DNA of 64,000 bases from Monocercomonoides exilis PA203 (taxonomy: Eukaryota > Protista > Preaxostyla). This document shows positions 25,867-38,249 of this stretch, piece after piece. A program made the position numbers and the translations under genes. The stretch's first letter is position 1, and each line of letters opens with the position of its first letter. The stretch spans positions 620,001-684,000 of the forward strand of contig LSRY02000019.1 of assembly GCA_001643675.2 (NCBI GenBank). The letters run 5' to 3'. A model generated the notes under the pieces. That model was not told where the DNA came from. It saw only the letters and a program-made list of their open reading frames with translations, and did not search any database.

Positions 25867-28589
25867 TCATTTCTCCTCAAAATGTTCCTCTTCTTTCTTC
25901 TTTTGTTCATCTTTTTCCTTCAAACTCTCTTCTTCAATGTTTTTATAATCTTCATCTTTTCCTTTTCCTTTTCCTTCCGCCGCCTCCCCACAAACACACG
26001 AAAACGTCGACGCTGCCGAATCTGCCTGTTTTTTTCTCCTCTCTTCTCTCTCTGCAACCCACTCTGCTTTATGCTCGTGGAAGAAGACGCGTGTCAGTCT
26101 TGTTCTCAGTTCAGGCTGAGGTTTTAACAAGAATTCATTCACTTCTCGTTGGGTGAAGCAATAAATAGAAGGCTCTTTGGATTCTTTGGATTCTTCTTCT
26201 TCTTCTTCTTTTAATTTTGATTTTTCTTCTTTTTCTTTTTCTTCCTCTTTTTCTGTGTGTGTTTCAGATGTCATTCGAGGAGAAGGAGGAGAAGGAACAG
26301 CAGAAATTGAGGATGAAATAGAGGATGGAGGTACAGGCCTTTTCAGGTCAGAATGTGAAGAAGAAGAGGAAGAAGAAGAGGAAGAAGAAGAAGATGATGA
26401 TGATGATGATGATGTGGAGTTATTGCTTTGTAGTAGTTTAGCTTCAGTTGTGCGTATGCGTTCGACAATCATGTCAAAGACAACAGGAATCAGATGAAGA
26501 GGAAGACGACGAGGGAATGGAATGGAAGAAGAAGAAGAAGAAGTCGATGCAGATGCTGGCGATGTTGATGAAGATAATGTTGCTGATTCATTTAACTGAA
26601 CTCCATCTTCTTCTTCTTTCTCCTCCTTCTTCTCCTCTTCTCCTTCTCCTTCTTCCGCCATCCTTCTCGCCTCCTCCCATATCTCCTCCCCGTGCATAAT
26701 GAAGAACGTCAGCGCTCTTGTGGCTGCAGGCGACACAAACTTCACATACGGCATCAGAACAGGGCCAAACACAACTGCCAGCGAAATCGCATTCATCTTC
26801 GTCGTGTCTGCGAGCGGGCCGGCAACCAGTACCCATACAGAGAGAAGCAGCTGCAGAGTAGCCAGGTGCTCTGGGGGAAGGCTGAGGCAGTGGCGAGCAA
26901 TGGCTGCTTGCTTCTCAGAGGAGCGGAAGTCCATCATTTCATCGAGGGTGAAGGGGGAGGAAGGGTCCATGGAGAGGGCGGAGGAAGACATGCCGGTTGT
27001 GCTGAGCTGGGTGGGGGCGGAGGAGGAGGGAGAGGAGTGAAGTGTGGAAGAAGAAGAGGAGGAAGAGGAGGATGAGGAGGATGAGGAAGAAGAGGAAGAA
27101 GAAGTATTAGCTTCGTCTCTCTTTTCGCTTTCATCCTCACAATTGCATTTATCTTCTTCGCTTTCTGCTTTTTCCTTCTTCTCTTGTGCCTCTGCATTCT
27201 CTCTTCTCTTCGCCTCGCAGTCCTCCTCAGTGGGCGAGAGGGACTCAAAAATCTCGCTCAGCCTGTTCGCCCACTCTCTGCTGAACAGCCCTTCCTCGAT
27301 CTTCTTCAAAAACGCCTTCACAATCGACCCAAGCGTCGCATGTCCAATGTCCTCAGGCAGCTGGTGCAGCGGGTCTTTCTCAAAGTACTTCATTGCAATC
27401 TGGAACGCGCCGTAGTTCGGCGACGCGCGGAACATGAACTCCCGGCTCAGCAGCGTTTCGGTTGCATCGTATGCGATATGGGAGGCTGATGAAAGAAGGG
27501 TGTTGGTTAAGTTAGAATTAGACTTAGACTCAGAATCAGTATCAGTATTATTATTATTTGCAGAAGGAAGAGGCTTGATCCCTCGAAGAAGCTGGGCAAA
27601 CACATTGAGCAGAAGAAGGGGCACGTAACACTCGCGGGTGATGGGGAATAGACGTGTCGGGTGATATGGAGAATCAAGAGGGATTGTGTCTTGTGTGGGT
27701 GTTTTGTCTGATTTTTTCTCTTTTTCGGTTTTTGGAAAAACAGAAGAGAGTTTGACGCAATTTAAAACTGTTTCGAATTCGAGAAGGCGAAGTTTGTGCA
27801 GTGGTACTCCATAAAATGTAGGGAATGGTTGTTTTAAACAAGAACGATTATAAATGCAAGGCATTTGGAGTTGTTCTGGTTCAATGAATTGATAGACTTC
27901 TTCAACTGTTGATACAAAATGTAACTTTTTAAAGAATTTCGAAGAAATAAATGTCTTTGCAATCGAAAGAAGGATTTTCAAAAATGTTGGTGCTTTTATT
28001 ATGATTAGTGATTTTAAGTTCTTGCGAACCTGTTTTGAAAGAAGATTCTTGTAAAAATATGGAAAAAAACCAACACAAACCACATATGGCATCATGCTAT
28101 ATAACGATGGAGCTACAAATGCCGGAGGATTTCCACTGTTAAAAGTATCCATACAATTGATAACAAGAGTAAAAGGGCAAAATTTCTATGAAAAGAAAAT
28201 AATTAACAAGGAAAACAGAGTCTTTCCAAAGCAAACAATTTCATCGAGCTTATTAAAGGCATATGAAAGCATAAAATCTTTTGAAATAGATTTTTCCACG
28301 TAAGCGGTGCAAATCATCATTGTTCTAAAGCCATTTTTATCACGGCCTGTACAAAATTTTTAAATCACAAAAATTGTTATCAAATAAGCAATAATAATAA
28401 GAATTCCGTACCAACTTCGCGAACAGGTACTAATGGATGCAGTGAGGAATAATCTTCTGTTTTTGATTTGTTAAGCAAATTGATGTATGACTGAGGAATT
28501 TCTGCAGTAGCCGGATCTAATCGGGGATTATCTGATTCTTGAATTATGTACGTCGCATTTTTCGTGCTGGAATTGCACGGTGAAGCCAT
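25867..28589 (-). CDS. BCH/CRAL-TRIO + RhoGAP protein (p50RhoGAP/ARHGAP1-like)
   Basis: N-terminal GRDKNG..., 'VRKNLKSLIIIKAPTFLK..FISSKFFKKLHFV' (BCH); 'MFRAS', 'GSIVKAFLKKI', 'TKMNAISLAVVFGPVL' (RhoGAP); ATG (MASPCN) at 28589. Confidence 0.8.
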
Positions 28590-28652
28590 TTTATCAGACA
28601 AGAACTTTAGAAGATCATTCACATAATAATTGTTTCGGCATTTCAAAACTGA

Positions 28653-31600
28653 ATGGAAATTGAGCCTGAAAACGATAATGAAGAAGAGGAAATTATTGAA
28701 GATGGAGATGCTGAAGAAACAATAGAAAATGAAGAAGAAACGCCAGACGTCACTGATGACAAGCCTGTAGTCAGACATCTAAATCGCATTTTATCTGTTA
28801 AGATTATTTACGCTGATCCAATAATTTTTAATCAATTTTGCGTTCACCCATGTGTTAGAGTTCATGTAATGGATGAATTAACCGGAGATTATTTTTTAAA
28901 ATCAGATCCAGCAAGAGCTGCAATTAAACAATCTGAGTTCGCAACAAACGCTTTGTGGCAACCAGATTACTTTAATCACATATTGCCGTTTACAACAGAT
29001 CCATTTAACCTTGGTAAACGTACAGTTCCTCGATGGAACGAACAATTTTATATAAACGAAACATTTGATTATCTAACTTCTCCAAATGTCGTTTTCATCT
29101 TTGAGATACTTGAATTCAACAGGCCATCGATCAATCCAAAAGAAATGGGATGGTATCCTATCGCATGGGGATTTATGAGAGCGAGAACTTTGACAATACT
29201 TGATCTGTCAAAAGAAATACCTATTAACTTGTACAGAATTCCGCAATCAATGAGTTCCATTTCATATTTGTGTAATTGGCCATCTTCTCCACCATGTTAT
29301 CCTATTGGATTTTATTTGTACATGCAATCAATAGGATGCTCTCTTCCACTTCCCAAAAATGGATGGTGTCCTTCAAAAGATGTTGTTAGATCAACAGTTG
29401 AAGGATGGAGACTTTCAACTCAAGCAAAATTTCCAGCTGACATAAGTCAATGCATTTCATCCTTCGATAGCAACTCAGTTGCTCCTGTACAGAGGCCTAC
29501 AGAGTCTCTATGGGATAGATTTCGCTCTAGCTTCACGCGCAAGTCTCGAAAGCCAAGGGTATCGCTGGAGTCTTTGTCAATTTTCTCCAGATTATACATA
29601 CGTTTTCGACCATTCAGGCCACCACCTACCCTTTCTGCTGTGATGGATGGGCGAGCAGTTAGTGTGTTCCAGAAGGAGGTTGGAGCTGTGTGGTATGCTG
29701 ACCCAACAACTGGTGCAGAGCTGCAAGTAGCAGCCGGAACAGCGATGCAACGCGAGATCGAGAGAGCAAGACGACGAAAGCAAAGTGATACTTTGAAAGC
29801 GCTGAAACGAGAGTTTATTGTGCAGTCAAGAAAGAGCTTGAAATATTCCGCAAGGCGCACTGATCCTTCGTGGTGTATGGCTCCAAACACGCACTGTGTC
29901 TCAACAACAACCGGAAAGGAAGGCTGCTTCCGCTTATGTTTTTCTTCAGAAGGCGACTTCCTTGCAGCAGCCTGTGGAGATGGGAAACGGTTTTATATTC
30001 GTGTTTTCCAGGTTATTGTGAATGGGATTGGTGCGTTGCATTCTGTTCATGTGCTTCCATTGGTTGAGTGCATCGAGCATTTGAACATCGTCCACGATCT
30101 CTGCTGGTCCATTGATGATTCGATGCTCCTTTCAGCATCGTCAGACTTCACAGCAAAAGTGTTTGACTTTGTTCGTTACGATAAGGAGAAGAGCATTGAT
30201 GAAGTCAAAGAAGAGGCAAAACAGGCAGAGAAAGCAAGACGAAGAAGAGAAAGGATGCTGCAGCAAGGGCAAATTGCACCGAATGAGATTGACGACAGCT
30301 GGGAAAGAAGAAATGCAACGCTTCTTAATCGGGTTACGCAGCTCAATGCATCTGAGACAAAAGAGCTGATAAAGCTGTATGAAACAGATCCAGACGGGTA
30401 TGTTCTCAATCCTTCAAGTTATTTCAGTTCAAATTCACTTCATCCCAACAACACTTCAAACATTTCATCATCATCCGTCACTTCATCATCATCATCAACT
30501 TCTTCTTCTTCTTCTTCTTCCATTTCATCCTCCTCTTCTTCGTCTCAGTCTTCCCATCAGCCCACTTCATCTTCCACAGCACCTTCTTCATCTGCCACTT
30601 CATCCACCACACCCTCTCCATACTTTTCATACCTCACTTCACGAATATCTCTCCGACACCCAACTTTTGTATACGCTGCGAAATTTCATCCAAAATTTGC
30701 CGGCGCAACTCCACTTGTTCCCGACGAGCGGCGTGAGAAAGTTGAGGTTCTGATCGACCAGCTGACAAAAGCGATTGTTGAGAGAAAAAAACTCAAAGAG
30801 AAAGAAAAAGCACGTGCTCGCTTAGCTGAAAAGAATAATAAAAAGGGGAAAGAACAAAAAGGAGCGAAGGACGATCAGCAAAAAAAAGTGACCTTTAATG
30901 TGCAAGAAGGCACAGGAGGAGCTGATAAGACGTCTTCTGAACAAAAACAGCCAACATTTGTGGAGACAATTACATATCCTCTTTTTTCCATTGTTGTCAC
31001 AGCTGCATTTGATGGGATTATTCGAGTGTGGCTCGTCACAACAGCCCTGCCGCGCGATTCTGCAAGCATGAGCGAAGTTCTGTTTGGCCCTTCGCCTTCT
31101 TCAGCTGCTTCAGATGCTTCAAGCGCATCTGCTTCTGCTTCTGCTTCTGCTTCAATGGAGAGCAGAGCTGTCAAGACTGGGCGGAACAAGCGATCGCCCC
31201 GCTCTGCAGAAAAAGTCAGCTCTGCGAATAGTTCGAATCTGAAGCCCGTTCGACACCACATTTTGCTATTTACACGAACAGTCCATCAGTCTCACATCAA
31301 TCTGCTCTGCTTTGATTCAACAGGCGATGTTATGTTCACGTCGGATGGGATGGGAGTGCTGATAAAGTGGAATGTCTCTGTCAACAAGGAAGAACTGAAC
31401 GATGCATTGACACAAATAGCACTCACTTTGATTGGAAGTGCATCAGGGAATAAGATAGATGCAGGAAACGATGGTAGTTTTGGCTATGATTCACAAACAA
31501 ACGGAGCTAATTCTCGAAGGGCCTCTTCTTCAGCATTGGATCACTACAATGATAACAGAAACTCCGAACACTCTGCGCTTGATTCAAATGCTTTTGATGG

Positions 31601-34600
31601 AGTTATTTACGACACGAAGAAACAAGACAGAATCAGCGCTTTGCTGTCGAACCCGGATGTGCAGGGCGCATTGGACGAGTGGTTTCAGCCCATTTTCCTC
31701 ATTTCAGCTGGAACGATGAACATTCAAGAGCTGGGCCCAGCGCTTCAAGGGCTCGTCAGACAGAAAGAGGCGCAGATGGATAGAACACGCAACAAAAGTC
31801 GATCTCCAACGTCTTCGTTTGAGTCGTCACCTTCTGTGGGAGCGAAGACTCCTGCCTCTTTTTCTTCTTCTTCAGTTGATCTTTCTTCTCCTTCAATGGA
31901 ATCGACTGGAAGAACCCCACTTCTTTCTGCAAATGAGCAGACTCCTTCAAGTCCTTTGTCCTCTTCCACTTCTATTGAATCTTCGCCTAACCTTAACGAC
32001 AGGGCATCTTTGATGGGTTCTCCCACTCTTTCTCGAACAGGCAAAAGAAGTGGCCTGCTTTCTCCTTCATTTCTTTTGCAGCCATTGTGCACACTTTCAC
32101 CGTATCCGTCAACAATCAATGTTCTTCTGTCCATTTCAGATCCTGTCTCATCACTCACAAAAGCGCCAGCCCCACCAAAGCTGATGATACGGCCGCTCAA
32201 CGGACTTCCTATGCTTCTTTCTGGGAGGCGGGGCATGTCGCTCTCTACCAGCTGTTCTGTTCCTGCTTCGTTGCCTCACTCGTCTGGCGCGTCTTCAAAG
32301 GGGATGGCGCTGAAAGGTGCTATTTCGCCAGATGGACGGTTTATTGTGGCTGGAGGAATAGATGGCTATCTGAGGCTGTGGAATGCATCGACTGGGAAAC
32401 TTGTGCAGCTGCAGATGCGGCCCCCGCAGCAAGTGCAGTTGGAGGAGAGAGAAAAGATAAGGCAGAAGCAGAGAAGAGAAAGGGAGTTTGTGCTGGGGGA
32501 GGCTAATAACAGGAGAAATGATAATGATCTGAATGAAGAAATAACTCCATCATCAGCACTGGAGATCCACATGAAATTTCATCCGATCAAATCTTCAAAG
32601 GGGAATAGGGCGGGGAGTGAAAGACACAAGGGAAAGAAGAAAAAGCAAAGAAGTTATTTTTCTGAAGGATATGATTCGGACTCATCAGACGACGAACACG
32701 ATCTCAACGACGCTGCTGAAGGATATTCAGTCAGCGATGCCCAGCTGTTTGACGAGACATTCATAGACAATCTGTATGTGCCCCCAGAATTCCCAGTGAA
32801 TGGCATGCTGCCTGTTGGATTCACCTCTCCTCTCAGCGACGTTGCGTGGCATCCGCTGGACAACATTGTTGCTGTGTGTGCAATGGGTCCCAATCAGCCT
32901 CTCCAAATCTTTGCTGCGCTTTACCCGTTGACTCCTCAGGCTGTTGGAGCAGACGCTGCTGCCATTGCAAAGCTGCCAAGTGAGTCTCGCACGTACCTTC
33001 CACTCCCGCGTCTTGTGGAAATCACATCTTCAGGAACCAAAATGTTTGAGGCAGACGGAAGACTCTCTGCGCGCTCTGGAGATAACACAGCACGAATTGA
33101 CGGAGCGTTTCCTTCAACGCCGAGGCTTATCCGCGATGGCACGCCATATCAGAACGATCTTGCTGATGTGCGCACGTATTCTATTGGAACAGGCAACGAG
33201 CCAGAAGTGATTGCTGTGCAGAAGCTCTTCCGGGCTGCCATCGACATCGCAGCGGCTCCGCCGTCAGATTCGCCGAATGCAAAACCGGCCCAGCTCGTTC
33301 TGGCGACTGGAAGCGGAGCGTCTCAAAGGCCGCTTCCGTTTTCGTTCGGAAAAAGAGGGGAGACTCCACTTTCTCCGCATGCAATAAAAGAGAGAGAGGA
33401 GCGAGATGAACAAAAGGATGAAGAAGAACGTGCAAAAGCGAAAAGCAAAGGAGAAAAAGGTCAAGATGAAACGGAAGAGGGGCAAGAAACTCCTCCACCG
33501 TCTCCTTTGAGAGAAGACCAGCAAAATCAGTTTGGCACATCAGAAACAGGACGCAGCGGAGGAAAAACTGGGAAATCCGGAGAATTCGCGAGAGGGCGTA
33601 CTGGATCAATTGCGCTGTCTCCGTCGTTCCCAACATCAGAGAACCAAAAATTGCGTGTTCGGGAGACCAATGAGCTTTTAAGCGAGATGGAGCAGCAGAG
33701 GCTTCTGAGCGAGGCAGAGGAAGGAGGAGAAGCAGGCCGTTCTCCGTCAGACACTCAAGGTGTTGTACCTCCTCCTCCGAAACGCACACCTTCTGTTCCT
33801 CCTCCAAAAATACCTCCTCCGAAGTCGCGTCCTTCGTTCAAGTCGATTGGAAAGGCGGTGGTGGCAATGCAGCAAATGAAAAAGATGCAGTCAATGTTTG
33901 CTTCAAGGCCTTTGTCGACTATCCGGGAGCCTCCTGAAGACGAGGATGATCTGCTTAACACAGCATCCTCAGATAAATTAGCCTCATCTTCGAATTCCCC
34001 ACATCGCCAAAGGGCAGCTGTGCAGTCCAGCCATGATGCACCTCCGCCTCTGTCTCCTTCTCGTCGCTCTCTCTCACCAACAGCAGACAGCCACTCAATC
34101 AACAATTCAACAATACAATCTGACGATTCCCCACAAACACCTCAAACACCCCGTTCGCCTCATTCACCAATCACACCCCAGTTTGTGCAACAGTCTCCAT
34201 CTGCAATCAGTGAGTCTCGTTCGATTTCACCACACAAGTATCCATCATCTGCATCTGCTTCATCTTTTCCTTCTCCTCCTTCTCTCTCATTTTCATCTCT
34301 CGACCCGCAAACACCTTACACGACAACGCCTGCATATCTTTCTCCTCCTCCTGCTTCTTTCGCTTCAAGCGCTTCCATTTCACCGCCTCGACGATCAGTC
34401 TCACAGTCAATTCCGGCCGGTTCTCGTGTGGTGTCCTTGTCAAATGCTGCTCCTTCGTATTCTGAAGTCGCTTTGGGCCAGACACCTTCCTCGCAGAACT
34501 CAGACGATTCTTACTCTGTTCGGTCAGATGCCCCTCTTTTGTATCAGAAAGGAATGCCCGCCTCTTATTCTTCTCCTTCTTCTTCTTCTTCTTCTTTTCT

Positions 34601-35258
34601 GCCTCCTTCCTCTTCTTCGCGTTTCAAAGGTTCACAGGCACCAGATGAATACGGCAGGCTGCGAACAACAGACGAAGCACGATCTCCTGTGTCATATCAA
34701 TCTCCATCGTTACAATCAAACTATTCTTCTTCTTCTTCTTCTTCGAATCCTTCTTTGCCTTCAGCTACACCTTCTGTCATTCGTTATGCGCAAAGTGCTC
34801 AGTCTCCATATCTTATGAATAGAACGACCCAACCAAGCAATACGAGGGCATTTGATTCTGATGCTTCTCGTGAACCAAGAAGCACATTAAATCCTTCAGT
34901 ACAGCAGACGCCAACTACTTCTTCTTCTTCTTCTTCTGCTTCATCATCAGACACTCTGCTTTCAACCCCCTCAGAGCCTGTTCCACTTTCTCCTTCATTT
35001 GTCGTTGCACCAACCTCTTTCCACATCCGATTGCCTCCTATTCAATCACACAAACCTGCATATCGCCACCGCCCTCAGCAGGCTTCGACCATCAGAATAA
35101 CACCCGGAGCTGCTCAGCCGCAAACAATAAGCGTTTCTTCTTCTTCTGCTTCATCTTCTTCTCAGCAGAAGCCTGTTGCTCCACGCACTTTGACAGAGCC
35201 TCAGCGAAAGACGAAGTCAGTGATGCTCTTTTCTGATCCTTCTCAGCTGCCTGGTTGA
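28653..35258 (+). CDS. AHI1: Jouberin/AHI1 homolog (C2-like + WD40 ciliary transition-zone protein), 2201 aa, apparently intronless
   Basis: HPCVRVHVMDELTGDYFLK, HILPFTTDPF..PRWNEQFYINETFDYL..VFIFEILEF..IAWGF, CMAPN..GKEGCFRLCFS..LAAAC, HLNIVHDLCWS, HPTFVYAAKFHP all match AHI1 blocks. Confidence 0.85.
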   Translation: MEIEPENDNEEEEIIEDGDAEETIENEEETPDVTDDKPVVRHLNRILSVKIIYADPIIFNQFCVHPCVRVHVMDELTGDYFLKSDPARAAIKQSEFATNALWQPDYFNHILPFTTDPFNLGKRTVPRWNEQFYINETFDYLTSPNVVFIFEILEFNRPSINPKEMGWYPIAWGFMRARTLTILDLSKEIPINLYRIPQSMSSISYLCNWPSSPPCYPIGFYLYMQSIGCSLPLPKNGWCPSKDVVRSTVEGWRLSTQAKFPADISQCISSFDSNSVAPVQRPTESLWDRFRSSFTRKSRKPRVSLESLSIFSRLYIRFRPFRPPPTLSAVMDGRAVSVFQKEVGAVWYADPTTGAELQVAAGTAMQREIERARRRKQSDTLKALKREFIVQSRKSLKYSARRTDPSWCMAPNTHCVSTTTGKEGCFRLCFSSEGDFLAAACGDGKRFYIRVFQVIVNGIGALHSVHVLPLVECIEHLNIVHDLCWSIDDSMLLSASSDFTAKVFDFVRYDKEKSIDEVKEEAKQAEKARRRRERMLQQGQIAPNEIDDSWERRNATLLNRVTQLNASETKELIKLYETDPDGYVLNPSSYFSSNSLHPNNTSNISSSSVTSSSSSTSSSSSSSISSSSSSSQSSHQPTSSSTAPSSSATSSTTPSPYFSYLTSRISLRHPTFVYAAKFHPKFAGATPLVPDERREKVEVLIDQLTKAIVERKKLKEKEKARARLAEKNNKKGKEQKGAKDDQQKKVTFNVQEGTGGADKTSSEQKQPTFVETITYPLFSIVVTAAFDGIIRVWLVTTALPRDSASMSEVLFGPSPSSAASDASSASASASASASMESRAVKTGRNKRSPRSAEKVSSANSSNLKPVRHHILLFTRTVHQSHINLLCFDSTGDVMFTSDGMGVLIKWNVSVNKEELNDALTQIALTLIGSASGNKIDAGNDGSFGYDSQTNGANSRRASSSALDHYNDNRNSEHSALDSNAFDGVIYDTKKQDRISALLSNPDVQGALDEWFQPIFLISAGTMNIQELGPALQGLVRQKEAQMDRTRNKSRSPTSSFESSPSVGAKTPASFSSSSVDLSSPSMESTGRTPLLSANEQTPSSPLSSSTSIESSPNLNDRASLMGSPTLSRTGKRSGLLSPSFLLQPLCTLSPYPSTINVLLSISDPVSSLTKAPAPPKLMIRPLNGLPMLLSGRRGMSLSTSCSVPASLPHSSGASSKGMALKGAISPDGRFIVAGGIDGYLRLWNASTGKLVQLQMRPPQQVQLEEREKIRQKQRREREFVLGEANNRRNDNDLNEEITPSSALEIHMKFHPIKSSKGNRAGSERHKGKKKKQRSYFSEGYDSDSSDDEHDLNDAAEGYSVSDAQLFDETFIDNLYVPPEFPVNGMLPVGFTSPLSDVAWHPLDNIVAVCAMGPNQPLQIFAALYPLTPQAVGADAAAIAKLPSESRTYLPLPRLVEITSSGTKMFEADGRLSARSGDNTARIDGAFPSTPRLIRDGTPYQNDLADVRTYSIGTGNEPEVIAVQKLFRAAIDIAAAPPSDSPNAKPAQLVLATGSGASQRPLPFSFGKRGETPLSPHAIKEREERDEQKDEEERAKAKSKGEKGQDETEEGQETPPPSPLREDQQNQFGTSETGRSGGKTGKSGEFARGRTGSIALSPSFPTSENQKLRVRETNELLSEMEQQRLLSEAEEGGEAGRSPSDTQGVVPPPPKRTPSVPPPKIPPPKSRPSFKSIGKAVVAMQQMKKMQSMFASRPLSTIREPPEDEDDLLNTASSDKLASSSNSPHRQRAAVQSSHDAPPPLSPSRRSLSPTADSHSINNSTIQSDDSPQTPQTPRSPHSPITPQFVQQSPSAISESRSISPHKYPSSASASSFPSPPSLSFSSLDPQTPYTTTPAYLSPPPASFASSASISPPRRSVSQSIPAGSRVVSLSNAAPSYSEVALGQTPSSQNSDDSYSVRSDAPLLYQKGMPASYSSPSSSSSSFLPPSSSSRFKGSQAPDEYGRLRTTDEARSPVSYQSPSLQSNYSSSSSSSNPSLPSATPSVIRYAQSAQSPYLMNRTTQPSNTRAFDSDASREPRSTLNPSVQQTPTTSSSSSSASSSDTLLSTPSEPVPLSPSFVVAPTSFHIRLPPIQSHKPAYRHRPQQASTIRITPGAAQPQTISVSSSSASSSSQQKPVAPRTLTEPQRKTKSVMLFSDPSQLPG

Positions 35259-35810
35259 GCAACGTTTTTATAAAGTTATATTGAATAATAACATTTTTTA
35301 TTTATTTTGTGTTTGATGTTTGATTTTACTGTCTTTTTAAGCTTCTCTTATTTTGAAAGAAAAAATTAAAAAGAAATGTTTTCGTTGAACATCATTTTTT
35401 TTTGTGCTTTCATAAACAAAAAAGGAGAAAATTTCCTTTTTAAAAAAAGGAAAAATTGTGAGATGAATTTAAAAAATAACGAAAAAGAGAAAAAGAAAGA
35501 ATTGAAAGATAATAGATGAACAGTGCCGTGAATTTGCTTCATATAAAAAAAATACTTTGAAGAGAAAGAGAAATGTATAACTTAGACTAAGTTAAGACGT
35601 GCAAAGCAATAATCTTCCAAATAACATAAACATTGTCATGTTTCTCAATTGATTCAAAATTTCTTCCTTTAAAATCAACCTCTTCTTCTCCTTCACAATG
35701 TCATCGTTTAAACGTTCGGATGAAAGTGTATAAAAATAAGTGAATGAAAGATGAGACCAAGGCAGAATCATTTTCTTCTTCATTTCCACTTCAAATCTCC
35801 CTTTTCTTCC

Positions 35811-38152
35811 TTACAGCCTCGCTTTCTTCTCCAACCTCCCTGTCTTCCCAAACGCCAGCGGCACATCATGCTTCTTAATTCCCTCAGTCACTGCCTCCTG
35901 CGCAAACTGGTTCATCAGCGTCCTCTCCCTCGGCACACTTCTCTCCCTCTGCATCTGATGCCCGCGCACCGTCATGTCCTTCAGCTCCCGCTCCATCGAC
36001 TCCACCACCTCCTCCTCCACCCGCTTCGCCTCGTACTGGTGATATGCAGTGCGGAAGGCGTCGATGCACAGGTACCCTTCCTCCCCTGGCTTGTACCCTC
36101 TCGTAGCAATTGTACCGCCCAGCGTCCCTGACGTGTTGCGGGGCTGTGAGCCGAACTTCTCTTTGATCGTCAGCGCCAGCCGCGGCGACTTGTCTGTCGA
36201 AGAGAAGGAGCGCGAGTTCACACGGGCAGACGCGATCTCAGACTCGATCGTGTCGAGGGAGTGCGCCTCAGCTTGGTCACAGAGCATTTGGAACTCTTCT
36301 TCGGAGAGGTTGAAGGGGTTTGATGGGGTCATGATGAGTTTGTGGAGCTGGATGGGGTTGGGGAAGAGGGGAAGAGAGAAGGAGGAAGAAATGTAATGAA
36401 TCAAAAAAATAAATCACAATTTGAGAATAGAAGGATTTAATGAAAAAGAAGATGTTTTGAAAAGAAATAAGAAATTTTTAAAAATAAATGTTCACATTAA
36501 GAATTATAAATATTATTTTTTATAACAATAAATTTTCCTTTCAAACCTTCTCTCTTTCTATCGGCTGTAGGAAGTCCGTCTCGTTAATCCCCAGCTCTGC
36601 CCAGGGGAGCGGGCTGATAAGTGTCTTCGAGCCTGGGTCTTCTCCGTAGTTCTGGTTGTCAGCCACGCTCTTCCTCGACGGAGCGGGTATGTCTGTCCTG
36701 ATGGAAGGCACGCCACACGGGCGCATTTCTGCATCGCCGGAGAAATCGCGCACTTTCGTTGAGCCCCACCGGCCTTTGATGAGTGAGCGCCCGAGGTCAG
36801 CATCTGGCTCTGCTGCCGCTGTTCCCCCAGCCAAATACGGGTGCCGGTACAGTGTCTCGGAAGATTCTCCGTCGCCTTTGTAGGTCTTGCCAAAGGCATA
36901 GTCCTCAGGAAGGCGATAGTCGCGGGCCCTGTTCGTGTTTGTTCAGTGTTTTGAAGTGATGTGTTGATTGTATTTTTTTATTTAAAAAAAGAAATAAGTC
37001 GGTTAACAACAATAAAAAATGAAGAATTTGGAGTAAATAATCCAAACTTTAAAGGATTTGGCTTTCCGACCTCTGGATGATGATAGCGATCGTACTCTCC
37101 GACAGAACCTTTTACGATGGAAGTCGCCGAAAACGGAGAATCGCCTGGTTCTGGTTGGACAAGTTCCTTTGTTTGCGAGCCAGAAAGAAGAGCTTTAGAC
37201 ATGGGCTTTGATCCAAACACAGCAGTTGTGGGATCACCCATCTTTCCCCATTTATAATCTCTGCTGATAGTTTCTCCAGGAGCATAATCTCCGAATGTTT
37301 TCACATACATTCTATGTACTTGCTCTGGCTCCTCGTTGGTGCCACCAGATGGAGTCACAAGCTCCTTTGCAGGTTCCGCTTTTAAATGAAAAATATTTTT
37401 CAATTCAAAATAAGTTGTTGAAAATTGAAGCGTTTACCATAAAAATAAGAAATAAGAAATTATTTCGTCAAACAAGGTACAACATGTGTTCCAAAAGAAA
37501 ATTCTGGATCTCCAGCTGGTCCGCTCCATTTGTAATTTCTTGTTGTTGCGCGTCCAAGTGGAACATGAGCTGCATCTTTATATTGTGATTCTTTTCTTTG
37601 CTCAAGAGCTTCCGCAAATTCAGAAAGAGGTGGAGGGTTAACTAATTGCTTTGCCTTTACAAAATAAAAAATAATTCAATGAACACAAGAAAACAAGAGA
37701 GGTTAGGATACAGTGACACTTCTATCTCCACTTGGAATTCCATATGTGTGATATTCTGGAGGCATTTGATGACCCTGAATTCCCCAATGGATCACCTTAT
37801 CACCAGTTTCAATGTTGCTCCTCCAAAAACGTTCTTGAACGGGTTGAACCGGAGGTTCTTCAGGCTTTTTAAAAAAATCAAATTTTGAGGAAAATCACAC
37901 AGCATGCGTAAAAATAACAAACATTTCATAATTTTTGCACCAAAAATAAAAAAGTGATAAATAAAAATTCAAACAGTTTTTGTGCAATCAGCAGCAGTTA
38001 CAGATATAACTGGAGGTGGAATTCCAGCCTAATAAACAATAATAAAATATAATTGATTTAAGAGCACGTAAAAAAATATAATTAATTTAAATAAATTATA
38101 AAACTGGTGGTAGAGTGCTTGGATCTTTCGGTGGAGAGCGTCTTGAACTCAT
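35811..38152 (-). CDS. EFHB: EFHB/CFAP21-like flagellar protein, multi-exon
   Basis: 'MYVKTFGDYAPGETISRDYKW', 'CGVPSIRTDIPAPSRKSVADNQNYGEDPGSKTLISP..LGINETDF', last exon 'LSEEEFQMLC..LCIDAFRTAY' resemble the EFHB C-terminal region. Confidence 0.72.
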
Positions 38153-38249
38153 ACTTAAACGGTAAATGGTTAAATATGGGTGCAACAGATAAATTCCGTT
38201 GATGAATAAAACAAATTTTAATATGGTCAAAAGATCAATAAACTCTGGA

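Noticed and set aside
1687-36899. Many antisense or overlapping ORFs within GC-rich exons
   Set aside because: Shadow ORFs caused by Ser/Glu-rich low-complexity coding sequence on the opposite strand
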